DNA of 64,000 bases from Caulobacterales bacterium (GTDB lineage Bacteria > Pseudomonadota > Alphaproteobacteria > Caulobacterales > Hyphomonadaceae): assembly GCA_038326205.1 (NCBI GenBank), contig JBBQJV010000014.1:3232-67231 (forward strand), in the 5' to 3' direction. Made by a program: the position numbers and the translations under genes. Every line of letters begins with the position of its first letter. The stretch's first letter is position 1. The notes below the pieces were generated by a model. It saw only the letters and a program-made list of their open reading frames with translations. It did not search any database and was not told where the DNA came from. This document shows positions 20,376-29,412 of this stretch, piece after piece.

Positions 20376-20582
20376 ATGAAGTATCTGAAAGCGGCGGGTG
20401 TGATCATTGGTGCGCTTTGCGTGCTGATGGGGGTCGTCTGGATATTCCGGGGGATCAACGTGCTGCCGGGCAGCTTCAAGACGGGCGATATCAACTGGTC
20501 GTATCGCGGCGGCGCGCTGGCGGTTGCCGGGTTGGTGCTGTTGCCGGTATCGATGCTCAAGTCTAAGACGAAGGGTTCGTGA
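20376..20582 (+). CDS. small two-TM membrane protein
   Basis: Start trimmed to MKYLKAAGVIIGALCVLMGVVWIF after a GGGAGA RBS. GTGA overlap with the downstream acyltransferase. Confidence 0.5.
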   Translation: MKYLKAAGVIIGALCVLMGVVWIFRGINVLPGSFKTGDINWSYRGGALAVAGLVLLPVSMLKSKTKGS

Positions 20583-21214
20583 GCGAACTTTCGGAGCGAC
20601 ATCTGCCTATTGATGGGTCGAGAGCGCGGCCTGCGGCTTTCCGGGGCGTGGGATCGGAGATCGTGCGCTACCTGAGCGCCGGCTATCTGAAGCTCACCGG
20701 ATGGGAGGTGCACGGCGACTGGCCCTCGCTCGACAAGGCTGTGCTGGTGGCGGCTCCACATACGTCCAATTGGGACGGGCTCAACATGCTCGCGACAGCG
20801 GGCTTTTATCGCGTGAAGCTGCGGTGGATGGGCAAGGCGAGTCTGACGCGTGGTCCGTTCGGGTGGCTGATGAAGGCGCTGGGGTGTGTGCCGATCGATC
20901 GTTCGCAGAGCAATGATGTTGTCCGCGTGATGAGCGAGGCGTTCGGCGCGCGGGACAGGATGGTGCTCGCCATTCCGCCTGAGGGCACGCGTAGCGCAGT
21001 ACACGAATGGAAGAGTGGATTCTATCACATCGCGGTTGCGGCCGACGTGCCGATTGTCCTGAGCGTGCTCGACTATGGCGCGCGCACGGTAAGTCTTGCG
21101 GCGGTGGTGTATCCGAGCGGAGACTATGAGGCGGATCTGGCGCTGATACGCAGTCACTATGTTGATGCGGTGGGGAAGAATCGCGCGAAGTTTGCAGCTT
21201 CAGTCGCCGAGTAG
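20579..21214 (+). CDS. lysophospholipid (1-acyl-sn-glycerol-3-phosphate) acyltransferase family protein
   Basis: HX4D motif AAPHTSNWDG and a PEGTRS motif. GTG start. Confidence 0.8.
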   Translation: MSELSERHLPIDGSRARPAAFRGVGSEIVRYLSAGYLKLTGWEVHGDWPSLDKAVLVAAPHTSNWDGLNMLATAGFYRVKLRWMGKASLTRGPFGWLMKALGCVPIDRSQSNDVVRVMSEAFGARDRMVLAIPPEGTRSAVHEWKSGFYHIAVAADVPIVLSVLDYGARTVSLAAVVYPSGDYEADLALIRSHYVDAVGKNRAKFAASVAE

Positions 21215-22822
21215 CGCTTCCAGGGTTTCGATGCGGTCGGCTTCGCGTGAGGGTTTGTCCCAGCGGATGCGGTGGATGCGGGGGAAGCGCATGGCGATAC
21301 CGGAGCGATGGCGGGCGGAGCGCTGCAGTCCCTCGAAGGCGATCTCGAGGACGAGGCCTTCATCCATGTTGGCGGTGACGGAGCGGACCGGGCCGAAGCG
21401 CTCGCGGGTATTGTCGCGGACATATTTGTCGAGCAGGTCGAGTTCTTCGTCGGTGAATCCGAAATAGGCTTTGCCGACGGGCGAGAGTTCTTCCCCTTCC
21501 GGTGTGGTTCGCCAGACGCCGAAGCCGAAATCGGAATAGAGGCCGGAGCGCCGGCCGTGGCCGCGCTGGGCGTACATCAGTACGGCGTCAACGGTGTGGG
21601 GATCGCGCTTCCACTTGTACCACTGGCCGGCGGGGCGGCCGGCGACATAGGGTGCATCCCAGCGCTTCAGCATCAGGCCTTCGATCTCGCGCGTGGGCGG
21701 GTTGGTGCGGAGGTCCTGCAGGGCGGTGGCGTCGGAGAAGGCGAGTATGGGCGAGAGATCGATGCGCGGATTGTCGAGCGTGACGACGAAGCGTTCGAGG
21801 CGTTTGCGGCGTTGGGCGAAGGGGAGGGGGCGGAGGTCTTCGCCGTTCTCGGTGAGGAGATCGTAGGCGCGCAACATTGCTGGGCGCTGCGCGATCTGTT
21901 TGGGCGAGACAGTCTTGCGGTTGAGGCGTTGCTGCAGCTCGTTGAAGGAGGCTACTCCGCCTGGCGGTGAGCGGATCAGGAGCTCGCCGTCGAGCGTGGC
22001 GTTGAAGTCTGCGCCCGAGAGAAGGTCTGGGAAGGCGGCGGAGATGTCGTCGCCATTGCGGGTGTAGAGGCGGCGGACACCCTGGTCGCCGGCCAGCTGA
22101 ACGCGGACGCCGTCCCACTTCCATTCGGCGGCGAAGTCGGCGGGAGAGATGCGCGCGGGATCGAGGTCCTGCGCTTCCATACGCTCGGTCTTGTCGACCA
22201 GCGGGTGGGCGAGCATGGCCGGACGAAATGGGGCGAGGGCGGACTGGATGGGTTTCGGCGCGCGGCCTTCGAGCCATGCGAAAAGGTCGGCATAGGGCGG
22301 GGTGAGGCCGTGCCAGAGTTCTTCCATTTCGGCGATGTCGACTTTTCCGAAGTCAGCAAGAGCTTGCCGGGCGAGGCGCGCGGAGACGCCGATGCGCAGA
22401 CCGCCGGTCATCAGTTTCAGAAGCGACCACCGGCCAGAGGCATCGAGGGCGCCAAGCCAGCCTTCGACGAGGATGATGCCTTGCGCCTTGGTGGACTGCA
22501 TGAGGGGTTCGACGATCTCATCGAGCGCGGGCGCGCGGTTGGCGCCGGGGCGCTGGGGCCAGATCAGCGAAATCGTCTCGGCGAGGTCGCCGACGTAATC
22601 GTAGGACAGGTTGAACAGGACGGGATCGACGCGGGTGGCGACAAGCGCGCGGATGGCGGCGGGTTTGACAGAGGGGATGTTAAGATCGCCCGTGATTGCC
22701 GCGATGGCCCAACCGCGCGACGGATCGGGCGTGTGGCGCAGATAGTCGATGATCAGCTGGAGCTTCGCATTGCGCGACGGCGTGAGCACCAGCCGTTCGA
22801 GGAGCGCGGCGAAGGCTTGCAT
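21200..22822 (-). CDS. ATP-dependent DNA ligase of the ligase-associated DNA damage response system
   Basis: Start trimmed to MQAFAALLERLVLTPSRNAKLQLIIDYL (residue 71 of the track ORF). Adenylation motif I AEWKWDGVR. The length of 540 aa fits the cisplatin-damage-response ligase type. Confidence 0.9.
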   Translation of the reverse strand: MQAFAALLERLVLTPSRNAKLQLIIDYLRHTPDPSRGWAIAAITGDLNIPSVKPAAIRALVATRVDPVLFNLSYDYVGDLAETISLIWPQRPGANRAPALDEIVEPLMQSTKAQGIILVEGWLGALDASGRWSLLKLMTGGLRIGVSARLARQALADFGKVDIAEMEELWHGLTPPYADLFAWLEGRAPKPIQSALAPFRPAMLAHPLVDKTERMEAQDLDPARISPADFAAEWKWDGVRVQLAGDQGVRRLYTRNGDDISAAFPDLLSGADFNATLDGELLIRSPPGGVASFNELQQRLNRKTVSPKQIAQRPAMLRAYDLLTENGEDLRPLPFAQRRKRLERFVVTLDNPRIDLSPILAFSDATALQDLRTNPPTREIEGLMLKRWDAPYVAGRPAGQWYKWKRDPHTVDAVLMYAQRGHGRRSGLYSDFGFGVWRTTPEGEELSPVGKAYFGFTDEELDLLDKYVRDNTRERFGPVRSVTANMDEGLVLEIAFEGLQRSARHRSGIAMRFPRIHRIRWDKPSREADRIETLEALLGD

Positions 22823-22854
22823 GGGGGAGATATAGCGTGCGTCGGAGGTCCTGC

Positions 22855-22869
22855 GAACTGCTGCCGAAC
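22855..22869 (-). promoter_or_regulatory. candidate alphaproteobacterial SOS box (GTTC-N7-GTTC on the minus strand)
   Basis: The plus strand reads GAAC TGCTGCC GAAC. It lies 33-47 nt upstream of the ligase ATG (22822), in the 55-bp gap after the preceding gene. Confidence 0.4.
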
Positions 22870-22877
22870 GTGGAAAC

Positions 22878-23405
22878 CTATCCCGTTGGCTGGGTTTGCA
22901 GTTGGAGGTCATAACAATGCGCACCGGCCACGTGGTCATCCCAAAGAGTGGGGAATAGGGCGAGAACGTCGCCGCGACTGCGGGGGTGTCGATCCCAACC
23001 GGGGGCGGGGTTGGGCAATCTGAAGCTGGCACAAACGCGAACGTTGTGGCTGCCGAGCCTCTGGTATGTCACATCGCCGGTTTCCGCAGGTTGAGCCGCG
23101 GTACGACCGCTTTGACGCCCTCCTGTCTCATCGAATTGGTTGCAGACAATGGGAGGTCGCCGGGACCATTTTACCAAGTCTACCGTTACTTGCTCGATCG
23201 CTTCTCGCACGTCGCCATTCGCGTAATAGGCGCATTGAACCGCGCGAACGAGGTCCGCGATGCGATCCTCGGTCATCTCGTCGAGGCGCTGGTTGCGAGC
23301 GTCTCCGGGACTGCCGACAATGACGAAGCCGGCGATGATGGCTTCGCCTACAATTGCAGCCGCAGGAATGGCAATGGCGGGACCGAGTTTGCGATGCTCC
23401 GTCAC
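22878..23405 (-). CDS. membrane-anchored Cys-rich hypothetical protein (paralog A)
   Basis: N-terminal TM segment, then GSPGDARNQRLDEMTEDRIADLVRAVQCA, GDVTYQRLG...VRVCASFR, and AGAHCYDL. It shares four Cys positions with 23412-23993. Confidence 0.55.
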   Translation of the reverse strand: MTEHRKLGPAIAIPAAAIVGEAIIAGFVIVGSPGDARNQRLDEMTEDRIADLVRAVQCAYYANGDVREAIEQVTVDLVKWSRRPPIVCNQFDETGGRQSGRTAAQPAETGDVTYQRLGSHNVRVCASFRLPNPAPGWDRHPRSRGDVLALFPTLWDDHVAGAHCYDLQLQTQPTG

Positions 23406-23411
23406 GGTGAT

Positions 23412-23993
23412 CTAGTCGGGCGCGTCTGTGGGACGGACCTCATAAGGCGGCTCGGGGCTGACAGTCGATGCGATGCTCGACTTCACGAGGTCTAGGAATT
23501 GGCAATGCCCCCCTGCCGGGTGGCCTTCGCCGAAGATGGCCCAGCCGCCGTAAGACGAATACGCCTGCCTCTCAACGGTCTGGTCTTGCGCGATGCGGAA
23601 GTTTGCGCAGATCTTGATCTGGGTCGGGCCGGTTTCCAGATAGGTGACGTCGCCGGGGGCAGCGGGCACGTCACCTGCACCGACCTTCAACTCCATTCCG
23701 CCGCTGCTGCCACACAGGGTCGGGGGCGTGCCGTGCGCCGGGGCGCTACGTGTCATGGCGGCAGTCGGGTAGTCGATGGGCGCGATACCGGAGGCGTCGA
23801 ATGCGCATTGGACGACCCCGAGTATCTGTCCGATCTTCTGGCTTGTGATGTCATCCAATCTTCGGTCGCGCGCATGGCCGGGGCCGCCGACGATGGTAAA
23901 GCCGACGACGATCGCGATGCCAGCGACGGCCGCTGCGGCGATGGCGAGGATGGAGCCGAGATCGAGCCTTCTATTCACTGGGGGCCTGGTCAT
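23412..23993 (-). CDS. membrane-anchored Cys-rich hypothetical protein (paralog B)
   Basis: N-terminal TM segment, then GGPGHARDRRLDDITSQKIGQILGVVQCA, GDVTYLETG...IKICANFR, and AGGHCQFL. Confidence 0.55.
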   Translation of the reverse strand: MTRPPVNRRLDLGSILAIAAAAVAGIAIVVGFTIVGGPGHARDRRLDDITSQKIGQILGVVQCAFDASGIAPIDYPTAAMTRSAPAHGTPPTLCGSSGGMELKVGAGDVPAAPGDVTYLETGPTQIKICANFRIAQDQTVERQAYSSYGGWAIFGEGHPAGGHCQFLDLVKSSIASTVSPEPPYEVRPTDAPD

Positions 23994-24627
23994 TGGCGTC
24001 TCCCTGTTCGGCGTCGCGGATAAAGTAGAAGAAGACGCCGCCAGCGAGAATGGCGATGACGAGCAGTTTCAGGATCAGGCGGCTGGAGAGTTCGCCGGCG
24101 AGGAAGCCGTAGACGAGGCCGATGGCGTCGCCGATCAGGGTGAACGCAGCGATGATAAGGGTGGCGTAGGTGAGCCATTTGCGGACCGCGCTGCGCTGCA
24201 TGGCGGGGTTGGAGCGGCGCTGCTTGCGGATGTGAAGGGCGAGCCAGGCGAAGAGTGGGCCTCCGACGATGAGGCTGGCGATCGCCTGCCGGATCTGGGA
24301 GTCGTGGCCCATACCCCAAGTGTAACCTTCCTCCAGTTCATCCGCGATTGCGGTGTCGATAAGCGCAAAGAGAAGTGAGCCGAGATTCCAGGCGACCACG
24401 CCGAGTAGAATGAAGAGCACGAGATAGAGGAACGCTTCGCGCGCGGATACGTAGGCGCGGGGTTTGGGAACCGCCATGCCGAGATTGGTTTTCGCATAGG
24501 CATCCAGCGCTGCGTCCACTTCTTTCTGCGTCCAGCCGGCGCTGACCAGCGCAGCGGAAATGTTCTCGCGCTTTTCGCCCTTGTTGAGCGCTTCGCGGAT
24601 GAAGAGGTCGAGGGTCTGGTTTGCCAT
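23971..24627 (-). CDS. DUF5671-like integral membrane protein
   Basis: The soluble N-terminus reads LFIREALNKGEKRENISAALVSAGWTQKEVDAALDAY, followed by five or so TM helices. It overlaps the next gene by 23 nt. Confidence 0.55.
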   Translation of the reverse strand: MANQTLDLFIREALNKGEKRENISAALVSAGWTQKEVDAALDAYAKTNLGMAVPKPRAYVSAREAFLYLVLFILLGVVAWNLGSLLFALIDTAIADELEEGYTWGMGHDSQIRQAIASLIVGGPLFAWLALHIRKQRRSNPAMQRSAVRKWLTYATLIIAAFTLIGDAIGLVYGFLAGELSSRLILKLLVIAILAGGVFFYFIRDAEQGDANDQAPSE

Positions 24628-24764
24628 TCCAGCAAGCTAGGCCGGATCGCGTTGGTGGGAAATCCGGAATAATCGTTCCCGGAGAAAAGTCGTTCATTTG
24701 GGTGCAACAAAACCGCGGGCGACACCATATGATGCCGCCCGCCGCCGCAGTCAGTTCGCGCCCG

Positions 24765-26387
24765 CTACGCCGTTGCAGCGCGCTCCGCCGCGCGGATGTC
24801 GACCTCGACGCCCGGTTCGGTACGGAACACCATCATGTTGCGCTGAGCCGTCGTGTAGGCGGGCCAAGCAGGGACTTTGGGGTTCGATGGATCGCCGTTC
24901 TTCGCGAAAGCCAGCCAGCTTTCGGACATCTGGTCGGCGATGACCTGCGCTTCGGCGCTCGTGCCGGACATCGACGCGGACTTGGCGACGTTGTCGAAGA
25001 TCATGCCAATGTCGAGCGCGTGCGGAACGTAACGCCTGCCATCCATCACGGGTGTTTTCCAGTCGAGATGGTAGAAGAAAACCGGCGCTCCGCCTGCAGC
25101 TGCCTGAGCAGCCTTGCGGTCGGCGACCGTGACGCTGCCGCGGAAGAAGCGGTTGTCGGCATTTGCCATGAAGTAAAGTTCCGGCGCCTCGATGGCGGGG
25201 TAGTCCTTCCTGTAGAGAGAGATGACTTTTGCGGCGTCTTTGCCGGGGAAGGATTGCTTCATTGCGGCGGGCAGCGTTTCCCACGTCAGGCCGAAGTTCG
25301 GGTCATCCGCGCGGGTGAGCGATGTGCCCTCTGTACGGTTGCAGCCGATGAGCAGCGGAACGTTGGCCGACATGGGCGGCGCGTCGGGATCGAACATGTG
25401 GCGGGTGAACGTCTTGCCATCCTTCACGGGCGATCCGACGCCAGTGAGCCCCTGAGCGGCGGCCTGGATATCGGCGACGGGTTTGGCGAGGATTTCGCCG
25501 ATGGTCGCTTTTGTCAGGCCGAGCTTCTTGACCAGTTCATCGGCGCCTTTGGCAGATGCATCAGGCTCGGCTAATTTGATGCCGGGACCGGACTGGGCGA
25601 CCGAGCGGTGGAAGAGACCTTTCGCCCTGTCAGTTGACATAAGTGAGCAGGTTTTGACGCCGCCGCCGGATTCGCCGAAGATCATTACCTTGCCGGGGTC
25701 GCCGCCAAAGGCCGCGATGTTGTCGCGTACCCATTCGAGCGATTGCACCATGTCGAGCACGCCAGCTGCGCCCGAGTCCACGAACTGGTCGCCATAGCCG
25801 GCGAGATTGAGATAGCCGAACACGTTGAGGCGATGGTTGACCGTGACGATCACCACGTCGCCACGTTTGGCGAGGCGCACTCCGTCATACGCGTAGGACG
25901 AGCCCGAACCTGTCGACCAGCCGCCACCATGAAACCACACCATCACCGGACGCTTCTTGTCATCTGCCGCGGGCGTCCAGACGTTGAGGAAGAGGCAGTC
26001 CTCGCTTGTGGGCAGGGGCGGCACGGGGCGCCACGATGAGAACAGGCCGCCGCCATCGCCGGAGACAGGCTGCGGCGCTGAAGCTTCGTATTCAAAGCAG
26101 TCCTTCTCGTCGGTCCACGGTTCTGGCGCGCGCGGCGCCTGGAAGCGTGTGGTGGCTGTGTCGGCGCCGTAACGCACGCCCTTGAAGACGAATATGCTGT
26201 CTTCGAGATAGCCCTTCACCTTGCCATGTTTGGTGGCCACGACGGGGTTGATGTCGGGCATGACGGCGGAGGGCACGGACGTTGGATTGTCGCAAGCGGC
26301 AAGGACGCCGCCGGCAGCGGCGACGGCGATGACGGCGACGGAAGCCTTGAGTATGGCGCGGCGGCTGCCGCGCATGGGCGTGGTCAT
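24765..26387 (-). CDS. carboxylesterase type B family protein, exported (Tat-like/lipoprotein signal)
   Basis: The export signal reads RGSRRAILKASVAVIAVAAAGGVLAAC. PVMVWFHGGGW marks the oxyanion hole and FGESGGG the nucleophile elbow. Confidence 0.9.
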   Translation of the reverse strand: MTTPMRGSRRAILKASVAVIAVAAAGGVLAACDNPTSVPSAVMPDINPVVATKHGKVKGYLEDSIFVFKGVRYGADTATTRFQAPRAPEPWTDEKDCFEYEASAPQPVSGDGGGLFSSWRPVPPLPTSEDCLFLNVWTPAADDKKRPVMVWFHGGGWSTGSGSSYAYDGVRLAKRGDVVIVTVNHRLNVFGYLNLAGYGDQFVDSGAAGVLDMVQSLEWVRDNIAAFGGDPGKVMIFGESGGGVKTCSLMSTDRAKGLFHRSVAQSGPGIKLAEPDASAKGADELVKKLGLTKATIGEILAKPVADIQAAAQGLTGVGSPVKDGKTFTRHMFDPDAPPMSANVPLLIGCNRTEGTSLTRADDPNFGLTWETLPAAMKQSFPGKDAAKVISLYRKDYPAIEAPELYFMANADNRFFRGSVTVADRKAAQAAAGGAPVFFYHLDWKTPVMDGRRYVPHALDIGMIFDNVAKSASMSGTSAEAQVIADQMSESWLAFAKNGDPSNPKVPAWPAYTTAQRNMMVFRTEPGVEVDIRAAERAATA

Positions 26388-26547
26388 GATTGTCTCTCCC
26401 TAGGTTCCTCCGGTCTGCGCCGGATTGTGTTGCGGACACTAGGGTGCGTGGCATAGTGGCGTCTACCGCTAGCACATGACGATACGGAGAGTAGGTCGCT
26501 GACGGGCCCGCTGACCGAGCACTAACTCTTCCCTATTGGGGATATTG

Positions 26548-26970
26548 ATGACAAAGTCGGACGTGCCCGAGGGCTTCGCTCCGCATTTCCGCAAATCACC
26601 GCTGACCGATCCTTGGGAGCCGCTTTATTCGAGGGTGCTCGAAGATCGCGTGATCATCGGGCTTCACGTGCGCGCGCCACACATGAACTCGCGGGGCATG
26701 CTGCATGGCGGATTGATCGTGGCGCTTGCGGACAATGCGATGGGGCTTAGTTGCGTTCGGGTGCTTTCGGCGCTTGATCGCAAGCCGCAGGGCGGGCTGG
26801 TAACGGTGTCGATGGCGACCGATTTCATCGGCACCGCGAAGATGGGCCAGTGGGTCGCGTTCGACACGCAGTACGTGAAAACCGGAAAGACGCTGTGCTT
26901 TGCGCAAGCTTTTGTCACGGCCGATGGCGAGGTGATCACGCGGGCGGATGCGAGATTCAGGGTGGCGTAG
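26548..26970 (+). CDS. PaaI-family thioesterase
   Basis: NSRGMLHGGLIVALADNAMG followed by a hotdog fold. ATG 26548 is preferred over TTG 26536. Confidence 0.8.
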   Translation: MTKSDVPEGFAPHFRKSPLTDPWEPLYSRVLEDRVIIGLHVRAPHMNSRGMLHGGLIVALADNAMGLSCVRVLSALDRKPQGGLVTVSMATDFIGTAKMGQWVAFDTQYVKTGKTLCFAQAFVTADGEVITRADARFRVA

Positions 26971-26981
26971 TCACCGCGCGT

Positions 26982-27698
26982 TCATTGCGCCCATGGACGC
27001 GTGGGCTGGTTGAGGATCATGATTTTCTGCCAGATCTTGCGCGACAGGCTGGTGGTGAGGTCCTCGATCTGGTTGACCGAGTCGATGATCACGGGATCGC
27101 GCATGTTCTGCATGTAGAGCGCGGCCAGCTTGCCGGTGAGCGACAGCATTTCGCTGCAATAGTCGAGATAGCGCATCAGCTCGAACTCAGTCATCTGGTG
27201 CGTGTCGGACGAGGCGGTGGAGTTGTACCTCTTCCACAGCTGCGCCGGGTCCTTGGTCAGTTGGTGCATGTCGACCACGTGGGCGATGGAGCGCAGTTCG
27301 TGCAGGTCGGCGAGCACAGCGGCGCGGCGCCAGCGGGATTCGAGATTGAGCAGGAACCAGCTTGCTGCGCCCGAAAGCGCGATGGTGTTCACTGCGGCAT
27401 CGACGCCCTGCAGGACGTTGGAGACTTCGTCATTGAACTCGAAGCCCATCACGGTCAGCCCAAATGCGAAACTGAAAAGGCCGATGGCGCCGAGCGTGAT
27501 GGCGATGCCGACGCCGACACGCAGCCAGATGTTCGGCTTGGCGACATAAGCCAGCTTGCGCTGGTCATCGCGGGCTATCTCCAGCAACTGCTTGCAGAGA
27601 TTGGCGAGGCCCCGATTGGGGAAGCGCTCGAGGATACGCTTGTGGAGCGTCTCCAGCGTGGCTTCGATGCGGTCGGCGCTGAGTGAACGGTAAGGCAT
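26982..27698 (-). CDS. hypothetical membrane protein (helical N- and C-terminal domains around a TM hairpin)
   Basis: 238-aa ORF with good coding look. The TM region is IWLRVGVGIAITLGAIGLFSFAFGLTVMGF plus AVNTIALSGAASWFLLNL. No family recognised. Confidence 0.6.
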   Translation of the reverse strand: MPYRSLSADRIEATLETLHKRILERFPNRGLANLCKQLLEIARDDQRKLAYVAKPNIWLRVGVGIAITLGAIGLFSFAFGLTVMGFEFNDEVSNVLQGVDAAVNTIALSGAASWFLLNLESRWRRAAVLADLHELRSIAHVVDMHQLTKDPAQLWKRYNSTASSDTHQMTEFELMRYLDYCSEMLSLTGKLAALYMQNMRDPVIIDSVNQIEDLTTSLSRKIWQKIMILNQPTRPWAQ

Positions 27699-27743
27699 GG
27701 GGGATTACTGCCGTGCATCGGGCTCGCCGGAAAGGGGGCGCCC

Positions 27744-28772
27744 CTATTCTCCCGCCTCGTCCTCGTAGCCGACAAGGTGAAGCGGGCGGGCTTTGCGGCC
27801 CTCCAGCTCGGCCCAGCGGACGATGGCATCGTCGCGGCCGTGGGTGATCCAGAGCTCGTCAGGGTTCACGTCGCGTACGGTCTGCGTGAGTTCGTCCCAG
27901 TCGGCGTGGTCGGACAGGATCAGCGGCAGTTCGATGTTGCCAGCCTTGGCGCGCTGGCGGATGTTCATCCAGCCAGACGCAAAGGCCACGACAGGATCCG
28001 GGAAGCGGTCGACCCACGGCGTGCCGGCGGCGGACGGAGGGCAGACGATGATCTTGCCGGCATACCTCGCCTTGTCGTGGCGGGAGGCCTTGTCCGTGGG
28101 AACTGTTTCCAGCGGTCCGAGATCGACGCCGAGGCGCTGGTACATGTCGCATAGGTTTGTCGCGGCGCTGTGGAGATAGATTGTGTCGGCATAGCCCGCA
28201 TCGCGCAGCTCGCGAATCACGCGCTGAGCCTTGCCGAAGGAATAGGCGCCAACCAGATGCGCGCGGTCGGGGAAGGCGCGCTGGGAGGCTAGCAGCTTGG
28301 CAACCTCGCCCACGCTGTCCGGGTGACGGAAGACCGGCAGGGCGAAGGTCGCTTCGGAAATGAAGATGTTGCACGGGACGACTTGGAACGGCGCGCAGGT
28401 AGGATCATGGCGGCGCTTGTAGTCGCCAGTGCAGACCATGGTGAGGCCCTTCCACGCGACCTCCACTTGCGCCGAGCCGATGACGTGTCCGGCGGGATGC
28501 AGTGTCACTTGAACTTCGCCGACGCGGTTGGTCTCGCCATAGCGGGCAGGCTGGCGTGAGGCGGCAAAGTTCTGGCCGTAGCGCACGGACATGGCCTCCA
28601 GCGTTTCGGGCGTCGCCAGCACGGCTGCGTGTCCTGCGCGGGCGTGATCGGAATGGCCATGGGTCACAACCGCTCGTTCGACGCCGCCGCGGACGGGGTC
28701 GATGTAGAAATCGCCGGGCGGGCAATAGAGGCCCTGCGGCGTCGGCCGGAGGAGGTCTTCGGGTCGGATCAT
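27744..28772 (-). CDS. ligase-associated DNA damage response exonuclease (MBL-fold / beta-CASP)
   Basis: MIRPEDLLRPTPQGLYCPPGDFYIDP is followed by the HGHSDHA motif and C-terminal LILSDHADWDEL. An alternative upstream start is at 28832. Confidence 0.85.
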   Translation of the reverse strand: MIRPEDLLRPTPQGLYCPPGDFYIDPVRGGVERAVVTHGHSDHARAGHAAVLATPETLEAMSVRYGQNFAASRQPARYGETNRVGEVQVTLHPAGHVIGSAQVEVAWKGLTMVCTGDYKRRHDPTCAPFQVVPCNIFISEATFALPVFRHPDSVGEVAKLLASQRAFPDRAHLVGAYSFGKAQRVIRELRDAGYADTIYLHSAATNLCDMYQRLGVDLGPLETVPTDKASRHDKARYAGKIIVCPPSAAGTPWVDRFPDPVVAFASGWMNIRQRAKAGNIELPLILSDHADWDELTQTVRDVNPDELWITHGRDDAIVRWAELEGRKARPLHLVGYEDEAGE

Positions 28773-28858
28773 TGAGGAAGATATGCCGTGTGGCAGGGGG
28801 TTAGCCAAATTTTTGACTGCCGTGTGCTCCAATTCCCAATCCTGCGCGTATCAGAGAC

Positions 28859-29404
28859 ATGAAACACATTGCCAGCGCTCTCGTCCTGTCGTTCGTCCTC
28901 GCCACGCCGGGGTGCATTACATCGTCCGGACCGGGTGGCGCGCCGCCGCCGGTTGCCCAGGTGGATTTCGCCAAGCTTTATACCGGCGACTGGCACGAGA
29001 TCGCATTCCGGCCGAACTGGGCGACCGAAGGCTGCGTCGCGGGCGTTACCCGCTACTCGGCCAAGGAAAAGGCAAATGAGATCGGTGTCCGCGATTCGTG
29101 CCGCGAAAAGACCGTCGAAGGCAAGGAGAAGGTCGTCGAGGGAACGGGACACATTCTCGATCCCGGCACGAACGCCAAGATCCGCGTCGACTACTTCCTG
29201 TTCATTAGCCGCGAGACTTGGGTTGCCGCACTGGCGCCCGATTATAGCTGGTTCATCACCACGACCCCCGATTTCGGCGAGATTAACATCTTCACGCGCA
29301 ATCCCCAGCCGGATCCGGCGCTGCTCGCCATGCTGAAAGCGAAGATTGCAGGTTGGGGATACGACATGAAGCTTCTGGTGTTCCCGCCGCAACCTGCGAG
29401 GTAG
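28859..29404 (+). CDS. bacterial lipocalin (Blc-like) lipoprotein
   Basis: The lipobox is LATPGC. YTGDWHEIAFRPNW matches the lipocalin signature Y-x-G-x-W-x-E-I. Confidence 0.8.
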   Translation: MKHIASALVLSFVLATPGCITSSGPGGAPPPVAQVDFAKLYTGDWHEIAFRPNWATEGCVAGVTRYSAKEKANEIGVRDSCREKTVEGKEKVVEGTGHILDPGTNAKIRVDYFLFISRETWVAALAPDYSWFITTTPDFGEINIFTRNPQPDPALLAMLKAKIAGWGYDMKLLVFPPQPAR

Positions 29405-29412
29405 GGTGCCTC

